A DNA stretch of 64,000 bases, from assembly GCA_036172245.1 (NCBI GenBank), contig JAYWIR010000036.1:372001-436000 (forward strand), read 5' to 3'. Below the pieces are notes generated by a model. That model did no database searches. It worked only from the letters and a program-made list of their open reading frames with translations, and was not told where the DNA came from. This document shows, piece by piece, positions 51,365 through 63,309 of the stretch. Origin of the DNA: Raillietiella orientalis (Eukaryota). A program made the translations under genes and the position numbers. The number at the start of each line of letters is the position of its first letter. Position 1 is the stretch's first letter.

Positions 51365-52466
51365 GCTTTTCACCCTGGTGCGCCGGGGCGTTTATTTCAA
51401 AACTATCCTGGAACAGAGTTCCCGGACAAAGGACACAGAAGAAACGAAGGGGGTGGGATCCCCGACACGCAGGTCGGTATACGGAAAGTCCGGAACGCGA
51501 GGGAGGAGACCACAAATACACTTATAAAAAAAATAAAAATAAAGATATGGAGGGTAGGGGACAGGGGTCTTTGGTAAGGCCGTTCCTTCCTTTCAGAACC
51601 GGCGATGGATGCCGGCGATCTCTCTCCTAACGCCCTCTGGTAGATGGGCCCACTCTTAAGCCGACGACATGTTCGCGCTGGCTATTCCGGTGGGTTGACG
51701 AAGGATGGCCAGCTTCTCCAACTCTCGGTGGGCCTTGTCGATGGCGCTGTTGCAACAGACCGTTGCGATTAGAGCACCTAAAGACAGGCCGCCTGGCGTG
51801 AAGAAGCGGCGCATCAAGTCTCTCGCGGTATCCCCCTGGTGCAGGAGAGCTGAGGCCAGCCTCCGCCACAGTCCTAGGAGGACACCGCAGTCCAGGAGCA
51901 GGCGCGGGAGCGTTTCCACTTCCCCCGCACCGCTTACAGTTCGGGGAGACAACTCCCCCGGAAACACGGTTCGTCCGCTGGTTGGAGTGAAAACCCCAAT
52001 GCACCAGCATGATGACGTCCTGTTTCCAGTTCAGAGGGAACACAGAAGTGTTCAGACACGAGAGAGGGACCACAAGTTCTTCGGGGGGATCACTCAAGTG
52101 TTCACTCCACCGAAGGATTCCCTTCGTAATGTAGCGAGGCGTGGCGACGTCCGCCAGCTCGCAAGTCTTCCATCCGCCTATGGGTCGTGTTGTTCCTGCG
52201 ATGGTGCAGGCGACCTCCCACCTCGCCGGCAGGCAGCTGTCATCTCTTGCCCTGAGGGCTGACAGCGCGTCGGCGAGGGGCGTGACGGCCAGGCGAGTCC
52301 AATTCTCCTGGCTGTTGCAGACCTCATCCACCGTGCAGTACGGGGAGAGGTTGGCGCAGCGGAGTTCCAAAAGCGAAACATCCTGCTGCTTTGCCCACGC
52401 ATGCAACGGTTCCTGCCGCCAGGCTTCAAAGTTCGTTGGGCGGCAGGAGATCCATTACTGGGCTGG
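51365..52466 (-). mobile_element. 5'-truncated subfamily X copy (ORF2 C-terminus and 3' UTR), nested antisense
   Basis: ORF 51627-52406; 52100-52466 is closely similar to 46240-46612; terminal motif at 51365-51396. Confidence 0.92.
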
Positions 52467-52484
52467 CAGCCCAGTAATGGATCT
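52448..52484. repeat. Perfect 18-bp inverted repeat with a 1-nt spacer at a strand-switch junction
   Basis: agatccattactgggctg-g-cagcccagtaatggatct. Confidence 0.95.
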
Positions 52485-55314
52485 TCAATGCCGCCAAGCC
52501 TGGCAATCCGGGTCGGCCAGCTTGCCGGACGACCAGGGCCGGGAATGTTCGTCCCCGGCGTCGGTACGGCATCTCGTGCGGAGATATTATTCCTCCCTTT
52601 ACGCCAGGGCTCCCCCGGACCAAGCTGTCTCTCAGCGCTTGCTTCCGGACGGTGCCTAGGCAATAGGGGAGGAGGATTCGTTGAGCCTCGACGAGCCATT
52701 TACCACCGGCGAAATTCTCGCCGGTATCAAATGGCTCAAGAGGCGTGAGGCGCCAGGGGAGGACGGCTTGCCCGCGGAGTTGTTCCAGTGCTTTGCGGAA
52801 GAGCTGGCCCCCCTGGTGCTCGAGTTGATACGGCTGATCCGAGAAGAAGGCAATGTTCCCGCCTCGTTTCGGTCAGCCAGACTGAGGCTCCTTCCGAAAG
52901 GAGGAGACCTCAGGAAGCTAAACAACTGGCGTCCGATCACCATCGTGAACACGGACGCCAAGTTGGTTGCCGGGCTGTGGGCTTCGCGTGTGGGGCAGGT
53001 GGCAGAATCCATAATTAGCCCGGAGCAGACTTATGCTGTTCCCGGGCGAAGTATGGATGCCAACCTTTTCTTCGCGAGCACATGGTTGCATGTGCAGAGG
53101 TGTGAAAGTGAAGGACATGGGAGAATCGCCAACCCCACTTTTGGGCCGCCAGTCGTGCAGGGAAGGAACTCCCGGGCGGGGAAAGGGGCCCTAGCGATCG
53201 CATTCGATCTGCATAAAGCGTTCGACTGCGTGGACCAGGATCTCCTCTTGGAGATCCTGGGGCGCATGGGCTTTTCACCGTCCCTGATAACCTACCTGCG
53301 CTCCTGCTGGCGCAGCGCGATAATTACCATTGATTTCAGCAGTCAGAAGGTGTATGGCGTGCCGGTGCGGCGGGGCATAAGGCAGGGCGATAGTCTCAGT
53401 CCCCTGCTCTTTACCACCTACTTTGAGTTGGTGCTGAGAGCATATAGGGTGACTTTGGCCCCCTTGCCGAGCTCGTGCCCCGGTACGCCCGCCGTAGCCG
53501 CTTATGCCGACGATCTTCTGCTCCTGTTACCTATGTCAACCCCGGAGAAGGCGGTCGGGGATTTCTTCGATCTGCTTAGCCGCGGGACCGGACTACAGGT
53601 GAAGAGGGCGAAGTCATCGGTGGTGCCAGTTGGTGCGGCGTGGGCAGGGCAGCAGGACTGGGTCCGTTTGGGGATCACCACGGCGAGGTGCTTCAATTAC
53701 CTTGGTGTGCCGTTGGGGGACTATTCCCCTGCCGAAGCGTGGTCCAGCTGCCTCCAAAAGGTTGATACGGAGATCGGCCCGTTCCTGGAAAGCAAGTTTC
53801 ACTTGTCGGAACGGGCCGCGGTTTGGAACGCCTTTGCGGCCCCCATCCTCCGCCCCTTGCTTTTTGTCTGCCCCGTCACCGTAGAAGCGAAAAAGCGTAC
53901 AAAGGACCTCCTCCGCATCGCCCTTTGGGGCAAGGGGAGGCCCCGAGTCCCTTTGAGGGATTTATGCGCTCCGCGTCGGGACGGTGGTCTTAACCTCCTG
54001 ACGCTGGAGCGCTTGGAGATTCAGCTGCGATGGCGCACCCTCGCCATCGCAGCGAAGATGTGGAGCACCCCTTGGTGCATTCCGGCCCGCCTACTCGCCA
54101 GGCGTGTGTCCCGGTGCGAAGGACTCGCGTCTTTTCTTCTGTGCCCCGGCCGGAAGATCCGAAGATGCGGTCTACTGCTAGGGCGCCCTGGCGAAGGAGA
54201 ACAGCTGGATGGTTTGCAGCCCCGCCAACTCCTCCGCCTGGCTGGAGGAGAATATCGGCACCTGGGCTGTCGTAAACCAGCGGAGCCACGAATCGTGGAA
54301 TCGTCTCCGATGCAGCCCCTACTCCCGCTGCACGCTGCGGAATCTCCTGGAGAGCCCCGCTAGAAGCTCGTGGGCAGAGACGACCTGCCTAGCTACGGCG
54401 CTGCCCTTCCTGAGGAGGGCTCTTCACAGCAGCCGGACGCCAAGGTGGCAAGTCTCCTGCTGCATCGCGGGACGTGAGAAGATGATGAGCGGCTGGACTA
54501 CAGGAGAACTGGCAGACGCCACAACCCCGATCGTCCAGCCGCGAGGAATACAGAGATGGGGCGAGCTGCTCGCCATCCCCATGGATGTGCTGAAGTGGCC
54601 CCCGGTGATGTTAGAATCCAGGATCCTGCCCCTTAAGTGGCAAGAGTCGGCGTTGCTACTATTGCACTGGGGTTTACCCTGCAATGCACGCCGCTTCCAC
54701 TGAACAAGGGGAGCTGTGGATCCTGCATGTGCCAGGTGTGAGGAGCGGGAATCGCTCCCCCACCTTATTGTGGATTGTGCTGCCCTCCGACCCCTTTGGG
54801 AACGGTTTAGGTCGACCCTGGGTCTCCCGACGGGCAGCGCCCCCAGAGACGTTTTCCGCCTCCTCTTCGTGCGGGACGCCCTGCAGCCAGCTGCAGCCCT
54901 CGCAGCACTTTGCTGCGTCCGAGGCATAGTGGCGGCCTGGAGCGACGCCAACAACGAAGACCGGGACATCAACGAGAGGGACGTCATCCCATATGCTGTT
55001 CGCTTCATGCGGACAGCTGCCGGATGGCCCCAACTGGGGAATATACGGATGGACCTCGAGGGCTTCCTTCGACGGATGGGCCCTCCTCACAGCGAATAGT
55101 GATCCCTTCACTGCCCCCCAACTTCTTTTTGTCTTCTTTTTTATTCTTTATTTTTCTTTTTGTTTTCTCCCCATCCCCCTTCACTGCTGAGGAATGCTAC
55201 GCCGGGCTGCGTCCCGGCGTCCCGTCATGTCCCGCGCATATAGCCGTGAGTGGGGCCTTGTACCACGAAATGTAGAGTTTTATCTAATAAACGCCCCAGG
55301 CGCACCCGGTGGCA
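52485..55314 (+). mobile_element. L1/Tx1-like subfamily Y ORF2 (RT and zinc finger) and 3' UTR; best-preserved RT in the window
   Basis: ORF 52681-54363 carries KLNNWRPITIVNTDAKL, FDLHKAFD, GIRQGDSLSPLLF, AYADDL and FNYLGVPLG; stops at 52657 and 54701 and a frameshift near 54180; CARCEERESLPHLIVDC; stop at 55099. Confidence 0.95.
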
Positions 55315-57272
55315 ACACCAAATCCCCGGGGCAGGCAGTGCAGAGGGAACTCCTCGCAAAACTCGCGGACCGAGACCTTCATGCGGTCCCAGTCTTCGAG
55401 ATTGCGGAGGATGACGTCTCCCAGTACTTGGCGGAGATGTTCCGCCGCACCTGAAATGCGCGTCCAGTCCCCCGGCATACGCCACGCCCTGGATGGTGGT
55501 CCTTTGTCGCGTGGCATAACCTCGAATATCAACCGGAAAGGGTCCGATAGCGTCGACGGAAGTTTCCCTCGTCTGCCGACCCGGGCACAGGTCGGCGTCA
55601 AGGAAGACGTGGTCTACGCTTTGGACCATTTCCGGTAGGTCCCCCAACAAGTTGCGCGTGAGCATAGCAGCGCACAGCTCGTTGGCTGCGTCTTTTTGCC
55701 CGCAAGGCACACCTGAGAGCAGGCGGATGTTGAAATCCCCACCGATCAGATGCACTTTGCGTACGTTTGTATCCGCCAGCCAGTCGCGCTTCAGGGTTTC
55801 GAGGAACCGGGAACGTTCCCCGTACCCGCATCCTCCGCTCGGAGCGTACACATTCGTCACGACAAGGTCGATCGAGTCGGACTCCCTAAGGATGAGCTGG
55901 CCAACCCGACTGTCCTTGTCGAAGCGTACGTCCTTGACGAAGGCGGCGACTGCTGGCTTCATAAAAAACGCGACGCCACAGGTGTTGCGATGCATGCGCG
56001 CGACGACGGACGCCACCGCCGGGTCTGTATCCTCCGGTAATAATTTGCCAGAGGGCTGAGAGTCGGCAGCGACGAGTGCAATTTTGCCGCTCCGTTCGAC
56101 CGCAGGAATGCGCTTGATGACGACAGAGCAGCGTTTCATTTTTTCGCGACGCGGCAAATTCTCGCTGCGTTTCGCGATATTACTTGTTTTGTTTTATTCC
56201 TTGAGGTTTTTCTGCCTCTTGGATTGCACTGTCTGCCATCCAGGTTCCTGGCCGTTCTCCTCGACCTTGTCCGCGTTTTCCGACGGGATCTCGGAGCTGA
56301 CCTTCACCTGGGGCACGATAGCTTTTTGCTTAGCGGCGGCTCGCGCTGCTAAAAGTCGTAACTTTTTTGCAGCGCGCTTCTTCGCATTCCGTGCGGACGC
56401 TGCGCGGACTTCATTTTGCGGGCACACCGGAAGAGTGTGCCCGGGTTGCTTGCATTGCTTGCACTGCAAGTGGGGGCACCTATTTTTCAGGTGACCTGAA
56501 GTGCTGCAATGCCCGCAGAAATGCGACTTCCCAACATACCAAATGTCAATGGACTCGCCGTCGACCTCCAGCTTGTTAGGTAAGGAGCAACCCTCGCGGA
56601 CCGTGACTCGGGCGGCAGCCAGACCGCATGGGAGTCGGCCGTATTCCCGAAACAGAGTCGGCTTTTTCCATGACGCGTGGACGGTGCCAAATTTTAGCAA
56701 TTCCTTTCGGACAGCCTCTTTGGCCATCCGAAATGTGATTCCGAGGAGGTGGATCACGATGGACCTATCCTCCGTGATGGGGAGGAGCCGGCGATTCCCC
56801 AAAGGAACAGGTGTTCGGAGCAGACGCTGGGCAAGACTTGCTTCTTTGCAAATCACCTCCACGTACTGTCCACCGCTCCTGATGGTCATCGCCAAGAGCT
56901 CCTCCTCCGGAACTTGCAAAGAGTGCATCGCTTTCGAGAAAGCGCGCGCACTCTCAAAGGAATAAAGGTTACCTTATAGAGTAGCGGGGGATTGCACTCC
57001 TCCTCCAGGTAGGCTTTTAATTCAGCCGCAGCCGCCGGCGATGGCGCCGCAGCCACGGAACTCCAGCTCCTCCCTAACAAGGGAGACGCTTCTGTGGGGG
57101 TGGTTGCCCCTACATCCATTGATTCTGGGGGAGACAGAGACGTCGCCCCCTCCGTATCACTGGTGGTGGTCTCAGGCATTGCTGCCTAGCCACCACCGAA
57201 TCCACTGGCACACCAGAGGAAGGAAAACCCGCAACCGTTCAGGAGCGAAATAAACACCCGTCGGCTCTCGCT
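55315..57272 (-). mobile_element. 5' part of an L1/Tx1-like element: 5' UTR, ORF1 (57179-56194, frameshifted) and APE lacking its N-terminus
   Basis: Knuckles CGHCSTSGHLKNRC and CKQCKQPGHTLPVC; APE motifs GVAFF, NVYAP, IGGDFN, VDHVF; homologous to the + strand ORF1 (RSWS.V.AAPS, RS.V.HL.GIT, WYVGK). Confidence 0.9.
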
Positions 57273-60200
57273 CGCTTCTCACCCGGTTGCGCCGGGGCGT
57301 TTATTCTTGCGAATAAAACGAGATTCTGTGGCTCAACTGGAGGTTTAGCCACGCACAAATAAAGAACAAGAAGCCTGCCGGGTCACCGGGTCACAGTCCG
57401 GTACGGTCCACCACGACAGCAGAGGGGGCTGGGACAAAACAAAAAGATATAAATAAAAAAATAAAAAAAATATATAAAAGCAAGATCTGGTGGGCACGGG
57501 AAGGGATCACAGTCTGCTGCAGGGTCGTATCATCCTTTCTAGAATGCCGGCAAGCTGTTCTTGGATTTGCAAATCCAGATGGGTCCATCCTGTCGCCGTC
57601 CTCATAAATTCGGCTGAGCATTGGACGGCACCCTTATCGCGTGGTCCTCCCGTTGCCTTGCTCCAAGCAGCGACGATCCCGCGAAAGCAGCACATAGCTG
57701 CTAACGATGCCGCTGGCCGAAGGGCGTCGCAAACGAAGAAGGACCTAATAGAGTCTCTGGGGTTGCCACAGGGGATACCGATTGCCGCGGCGAAGCGGTT
57801 CCAAAGGAGCCGAAGAGCAATGCAATCCATAAGGAGGTGGGGGAGGAACTCCCTTTCCCCACACCTCACACAATTAGGGTTCACCGCTCCCCAGGTCCAA
57901 TGGTGCCGGCGGGCGTTGCAAGGGAGTCCCCAATGCAGCAACAGTAACGCCGACTCCTGCCACTTTAAGGGGAGAGTGGAGGTGTTCATCAGCACCGGGA
58001 GCCACTTCAGATGTTCAATAGGAACATCGAGCAGCGCGCCCCAGCGCAGAAGCCCATTGGGAGGCGTACTCGGGGTCGCAGCGTCTGTTAACTGGCCCGT
58101 CTTCCACTCTCCCTGCTTCTTCTCCTTACCAGAGATGGTTGCTTTAACCTCCCACTTCGCCGCAACATCGCTGTCCTGATCTTCCACTAGGGAGGCCAGC
58201 GCAGCAGCGAGGGGGGTTCTTCCTGACCACGCTCGCTTCTTCGGATCCTCCAGGATCTCTCGGAGCGTGCAACTTCTGTAGCACCCAAACAGGAACCATG
58301 GTTCCTGTTGGGTGCGTTGCATGCCGCACTGTGCCCACGTGCGAACGGTTTCCTGCAACCAGGCACTACCGTTCGCGGGGCGACAGGTGATCCATTCGTG
58401 GTTTTTCCGAACCAAGGCAGCCACCCTCCGCAGATGGAGCCCACATCGGTGGAGTGATAGAAAGGACGTGAGTCCCATCTTCCCGGTGGCTTCCTTGACG
58501 AGGAGACGTGCAGGGACTCACCAGGAGGTGCACCACAACTCCGGCACAACGGCCATCATTCGAAACTGGAGCTGAAGCTCCAGCCGCTCCAATGTCAGGA
58601 GACCGAGACCGCCGTCCCGACGCGGGGCGCACAAGTCCTTCAAGCGGACTCGGGCCCTTCCGTTGCCCCAAAGGGCGATACGAAGGAGGTCCTTCGTCCG
58701 CTTTTTGATCCTCTCTGTGGGGGAACAAACAAAAAGCAGGGAACGGAGGAGAGGAGCCGCAAACGCGTCCCACGCCGCGGCCCGTTCATGCAGGAAGAAC
58801 CTGCCGTCCTGGAACGGGCCGATCGCCGCCTGAGCCTTCTGAAGGCAGCCGGACCACGCTGCCGCAGGGGAGTAGTCCCCCAACGGCACACCAAGGTACT
58901 GGAAGTACGTCACCGTGGGGATCCCCAAACGGACCCAGTCCTGCTGCCCTGCCCACGCCGCACCAACTGGCATCACGGACGACTTCGCCCTGTTCACCGT
59001 AAGTCCGGTTCCCCGATTCAGCAGGTCGAAGAGCTCCTCGACTGCCGAAGCTGGGGTGGACATAGGGAGCAGCAGCAGAAGGTCGTCCGCGTACGCTGAA
59101 ACCGCCGGCGTACCGGCGCAGTCGTGCGGCAGGTGCGCCAGAGTTTCCCTGTACGCTCTCAGTACCAACTCAAAGTAGGTACTGAAGAGCAAAGGACTCA
59201 GGCTGTCTCCCTGCCGTATCCCACACCGCACCGGCACGCCGTGCACGGTCTGCCCGCTGAAAGTAAGACTAATTAACGCTTTGCGCCAACTGGAGCGCAG
59301 ATAGGCCAATAATGAGGCCGGGAAGCCCAAGCGTTCCAGAAGCTCCAGCAGGAGATTCTGGTCGACGCTGTCGAATGCTTTACGCAAGTCGACAAGCGTC
59401 CGCAAGGGCTCCCTCCCCCATCCGACCATCCGATCCATGGCTGACGGACTCACCGGAATTCCGGTTGCTCAATAAGCCCCTTCCTTGTTGGAGCTCTAAC
59501 CAGGTGGAAGCGTGGAACAGGTTCGCCTCCATGCTTCGCCCGGGAACAGCATATGTCTGTTCCGGGCTGATGAAGGCGTTGGCAACCCGTCCCAGACGCT
59601 CTGCCCACAGCTTGGCTAACAACTTGGCGTCCGCATTCACTGTTGTGATGGGACGCCAGTTGTTCATGCTCCTAAGGTCTCCTCCCTTCGGGAGGAGCCG
59701 CACCTTTGCCGAACGAAACGAGGCGGGAACGTCGCCTGTCTCGCGTATCAGCAAGGTGAGCTGATGTACCAGGGGGGTAAGCTCTGCCGCGAAAGTTTGA
59801 TAAAACTCCGCAGGCAGGCCGTCCTCCCCTGGAGCCTTGCGCCTCTTGAGCTTTCCGATGGCCGAGAGGATCTCGTCCATCGAGAAAGGCTCGTCGAGGG
59901 ACTTTCTCTCCTCCTCCCCGATCGCTGGAGAGCCTTCCGGAAGCAGGAGTCCTGAGACATCCTGCTCCGGAGGCGCTGTTGCGTACAGGGAGGAGTAAAA
60001 TTTCCAAACAATCCCGCGCTTCTGAGCGGGAACCGAGTGCTCCCGGCCCTGGTCGTCCAGCAAGCTGGCCGACCCGGATTGCCAGGCTTGCCTCTCGGCT
60101 CCCGTTCGATACTCCGCTAACCTGCGCATGTCGGGGGTTCTCGCGTAACGTCGGGCCTGAAGATAGCACCTTTCATTACGCGGACCCTCCCCAAATCCCG

Positions 60201-60495
60201 CAGGTAGACGATGCAGAGGGAACTGGTCGCAGAACTCCTGGACCGACCGCTTGAAGCGGTCCCAGTCCTGAAGCGTCCGCAGTCTGAAGCTCCGTATGAA
60301 CGTGCGGAGATGTTCCGCAGCGTCCATGAGCTTCAGCCAGTCCCCTGGCAATCGCCACGCTGACGAGGGGGGGGGGGGCCTGTCGCGCGGATGCACTTGG
60401 AACACGATCCGGCCATGGTCCGACAGCTTGGACGGTAACTTGTCACGCCTGCCCACGCGAGAGCATAGTTGCTTGCCTAGATACACCTCCGAGCT
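57273..60495 (-). mobile_element. 5'-truncated L1/Tx1-like subfamily Z copy (end of APE, RT, zinc finger, 3' UTR)
   Basis: ORFs 59380-60498 (SDH, NNWRPITTVNADAK), 58518-59453 (DLRKAFD, QGDSLSP, YADD) and 57507-58478 (CVRCGEREFLPHLLMDC); two frameshifts; terminal motif at 57273-57305. Confidence 0.95.
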
Positions 60496-60519
60496 CATCT
60501 ATTATGTTAGGACTCTTCT

Positions 60520-61600
60520 AATCTTTCTCCATAGCGACAGGCGACTTGTACTCAATGATTCAACTTTCTCTTCTTACACAAGTTTCCAATTAAATCCTGT
60601 TCCAATAGGAAACGACACTTGTGCATCCAAATTTTGCATATTGTGGTTCACGCTGCATCTTGGCCAGAACTCCGAAATGCTCTTTCTTCGGAGAATTTGT
60701 TATTCCTAAGAAACAGAAAGAACGATATTTGAAAAATTAAGTCCTTGTTGGATTATCATTTACCAAGGAAACTTCCCTAATGCGTCTGACTGCCGCCGAA
60801 TAATGTCCTAATTCTTTGATATCCACCTTCTAAACTCCAGTCTAACTCCACTGTACTTCTGTTGCGGGAAACGAAATTCTCCTAAATGAATTTGGTTCAA
60901 CGTGGAGTCAGTCCGGAACCTTTCTCAGAGGTCGTCATCCGAAGGTCTAGTAGCTGAAAAGTGCCGTTTGCAGACACGTGCTGTAGATGTCGGAACTTCG
61001 TTAAGAAGGTTTGAGGTCCACACAGACCTCAAACTTGCTCTCCCTTGTCCATCTCTACGCGTGTCATTAGCGAACGGCAGCTCCTTATGCACTCACAAAG
61101 CTCATTAAGACATACAGCCAGGGCGTCTTCGGGTCCGAATAATAGAGGGAAGCCCGTGGACTTTTAGATGACTACCATAATTTCACCCTACTCACTACAT
61201 CATTCCAGAGAATACCGATAATCTATGAGAGGAAATATTCGTTAACAAATCTGCAATCACATTATCTTGAGAAGAAAAAGTTCACTCAGCTCCGGAGTCC
61301 CATTGATGGGAGGAGTCATCTTTGTCATCTTAGCAACCTGTTTCCGTATTCCACAAAGCTCCTGCTAGACTATCGTCTTCTCTATGGTGTTGACCTCCGT
61401 GCTTTTCTCTAGTTTTCGTTAGTCGCTCACAAGATGCCCTAGAAGATGCGGCTGCTACTTTCAGCAAGTTTCCCAGGTCCCTAATCTGTCCCACTCGTCG
61501 CTCTATCAATTTTCCACGATGTTTTCGAAAAAAGGCGCTCTCCGTAAATAGGTTTTTTTCGTATTCAGTCATGAATTTCTTCCATCTTTCTCCCATGTTT
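60520..61600 (-). pseudogene. Possible decayed Ty3/Gypsy gag-protease relic
   Basis: GERWKKFMTEYE, FPA..KELGHYSAAVR (ruined knuckle) and VSFPIGTG (ruined DTG) in gag-pro order. Confidence 0.35.
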
Positions 61601-62299
61601 CATCAAGGTTTCATCTCCGCTTAATACCATTGATCGCCTGAAAAGTGAAGACATGACGATCACGGACTTTCTATGGAGCTCATCAGCTTCCGTTAATCGG
61701 GAAGAGTCCATTAAATTTACGAGCATCTCATCTCGGAGTTAGTTCGTGCCTACATATGTCGGGACAGGGTCGTATATGTCAGTGTGCAAGTTCATGAGCT
61801 GCAGAAGCTTTTGATGGATCGAAGCGCAAACTCAACATTCACAAATGCTATCACAAAGGCGCATTGAGCCCTTGAGAAATCGAGCACTCTGCTCTCCAGA
61901 AATGCAGCTGTTTCTCATCCTGGAAGTGCGGGATTGGCGATTCACGTTTCACCATTTTCTTTCAACAGTGATGGATCATTTTTGTTTTACGAGGATGCAA
62001 TGAGATACCTTAATTTTCAGATCACCATTGGTGGGAGGTCTTCTCAAGTGATTGTAGAATTTGTTTTACCTATCCACGCTCCAGAGAAAACAAACACCAA
62101 CACATCCGTGAAAATTAGTGGAACCGAGTTATGAAATTCGCGAAATTTCATCCAGCATCCTCTTTACAAACCACAGCATTCGGAATGGTCAGAGATTCCA
62201 TTGTGTGTGAAATGGCTGCACATCTACCTTCGAGCTTGGGAAGCCACCAACGGTATCTCAACTGTGCTTTTTGCGGCCTCACCACACCATGCTTCCCAG

Positions 62300-63055
62300 A
62301 GCACTGAGCTCTTCACAGAGTGCATCCCTGTGAGACCCACGCCATGTTTTGCGATTCCCGGTCAGTAGCCTCGCGCTGAAGAGACCGGCTGCAATCAGGA
62401 AGATGGGACGCTGACGTGAACCACCGTCAATGACGTCAGATAAGGATGAATGGGAATTCCTTGTAAGTTCCCTGAGGCGAAATGAAGGATTTAATCTATG
62501 CAGTGGACCCGTCGATCCTGGGGAGAACCGGGAAGCGCGAAATCCGGGTCATCCAAATCAGAAGGATCGGCTTTTTTAGCCACGAGATGTCGATGGAAAC
62601 ACAACAAGGGGGATCTAGAGAAAGAATGCCCTAATGCGATATGAGGTGTTGGTTCCGGGGAAAGAACATTGCGATAAACACCTAAGGCGTCTCGGACGCT
62701 CCGAACATCAACTTCAAAAACTTTTCCGTATATGCGTTCCGGGCATTTCCACCAGAGTGAGAAGGACAGGGGTAATGGTGACTTTCATCGCTCTTTCAAT
62801 GAGGTGCGATATCGCCTTGCACAGTGTCTTTCGAGACCTCCGTAGACGCTCGCAGGCCTCTCACTCCGTGTAGCAGTTCAGATGAAAGAGCACCCCTCCC
62901 TGTTCGCGCAGTGAAGTGCTAAACTCTCTCTGCTTTGAAATTCCCTTGCTCCCCCTATTCATGACAAGCAACATATTGACATACGTTCGTTCCCCTTTCC
63001 TCTGCGATGGGATGCCCGAAAGAACCTTCCAGAGCCTTGTTCCCAGCCTTCCTGA
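62300..63055 (-). pseudogene. Decayed LINE RT relic abutting the bacterial-derived segment
   Basis: LRKAGNKALEGSFGHP resembles KRRKAPGEDGLP; LTLVEMP..SQCSFPG and VSIDIS follow in RT order. Confidence 0.35.
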
Positions 63056-63057
63056 GA

Positions 63058-63309
63058 CATGCGACTACCAAAGCAATATGCAATATCATTAAATACGTTT
63101 GGGGAATAGGTGGACCTCTTACAGTAATAATAGGTGCGGCTTTGCTTGCGGTATTTGGTAGAACGCCCTGGCCTGCTCTTTTTGCACTCGGTGTATTTGG
63201 CGCTGTATTTTTTGGTGCAAAAGCTGTTGTGACAAAAGTAATCGGTGGTGCAGGTGGTACTGGAAGTACTTCCATCATGGACAAATGCGGGGCGGAAGAA
63301 AAGAAATAA
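63058..63309 (+). pseudogene. virB2: Wolbachia-like TrbC/VirB2 type IV secretion pilin, N-terminally truncated
   Basis: ATTKAICNIIKYVWGIGGPLTVIIGAALLAVFGRTPWPALFALGVFGAVFFGAKAVVTKV matches the Anaplasmataceae VirB2 signature as I recall it; the signal-peptide part is replaced by other sequence; composition shifts abruptly to AT-rich. Confidence 0.85.

Noticed and set aside
55185..55275. Hammerhead ribozyme (CTGAGGA ... CGAAA) in the 3' UTR
   Set aside because: The stems do not pair in hammerhead topology and the core is not conserved in the sister copy at 49197-49290.
48421..55314. LTR pair (48421-49339 and 54400-55314)
   Set aside because: The two copies are substantially diverged, consist of ORF2 coding sequence plus 3' UTR, and lack TG..CA ends, a PBS or an integrase.
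63007..63309. Intact 100-aa virB2 gene
   Set aside because: The first ~17 codons are not pilin-like and overlap the LINE relic on the other strand; the signal peptide is missing, so it is called a fragment.
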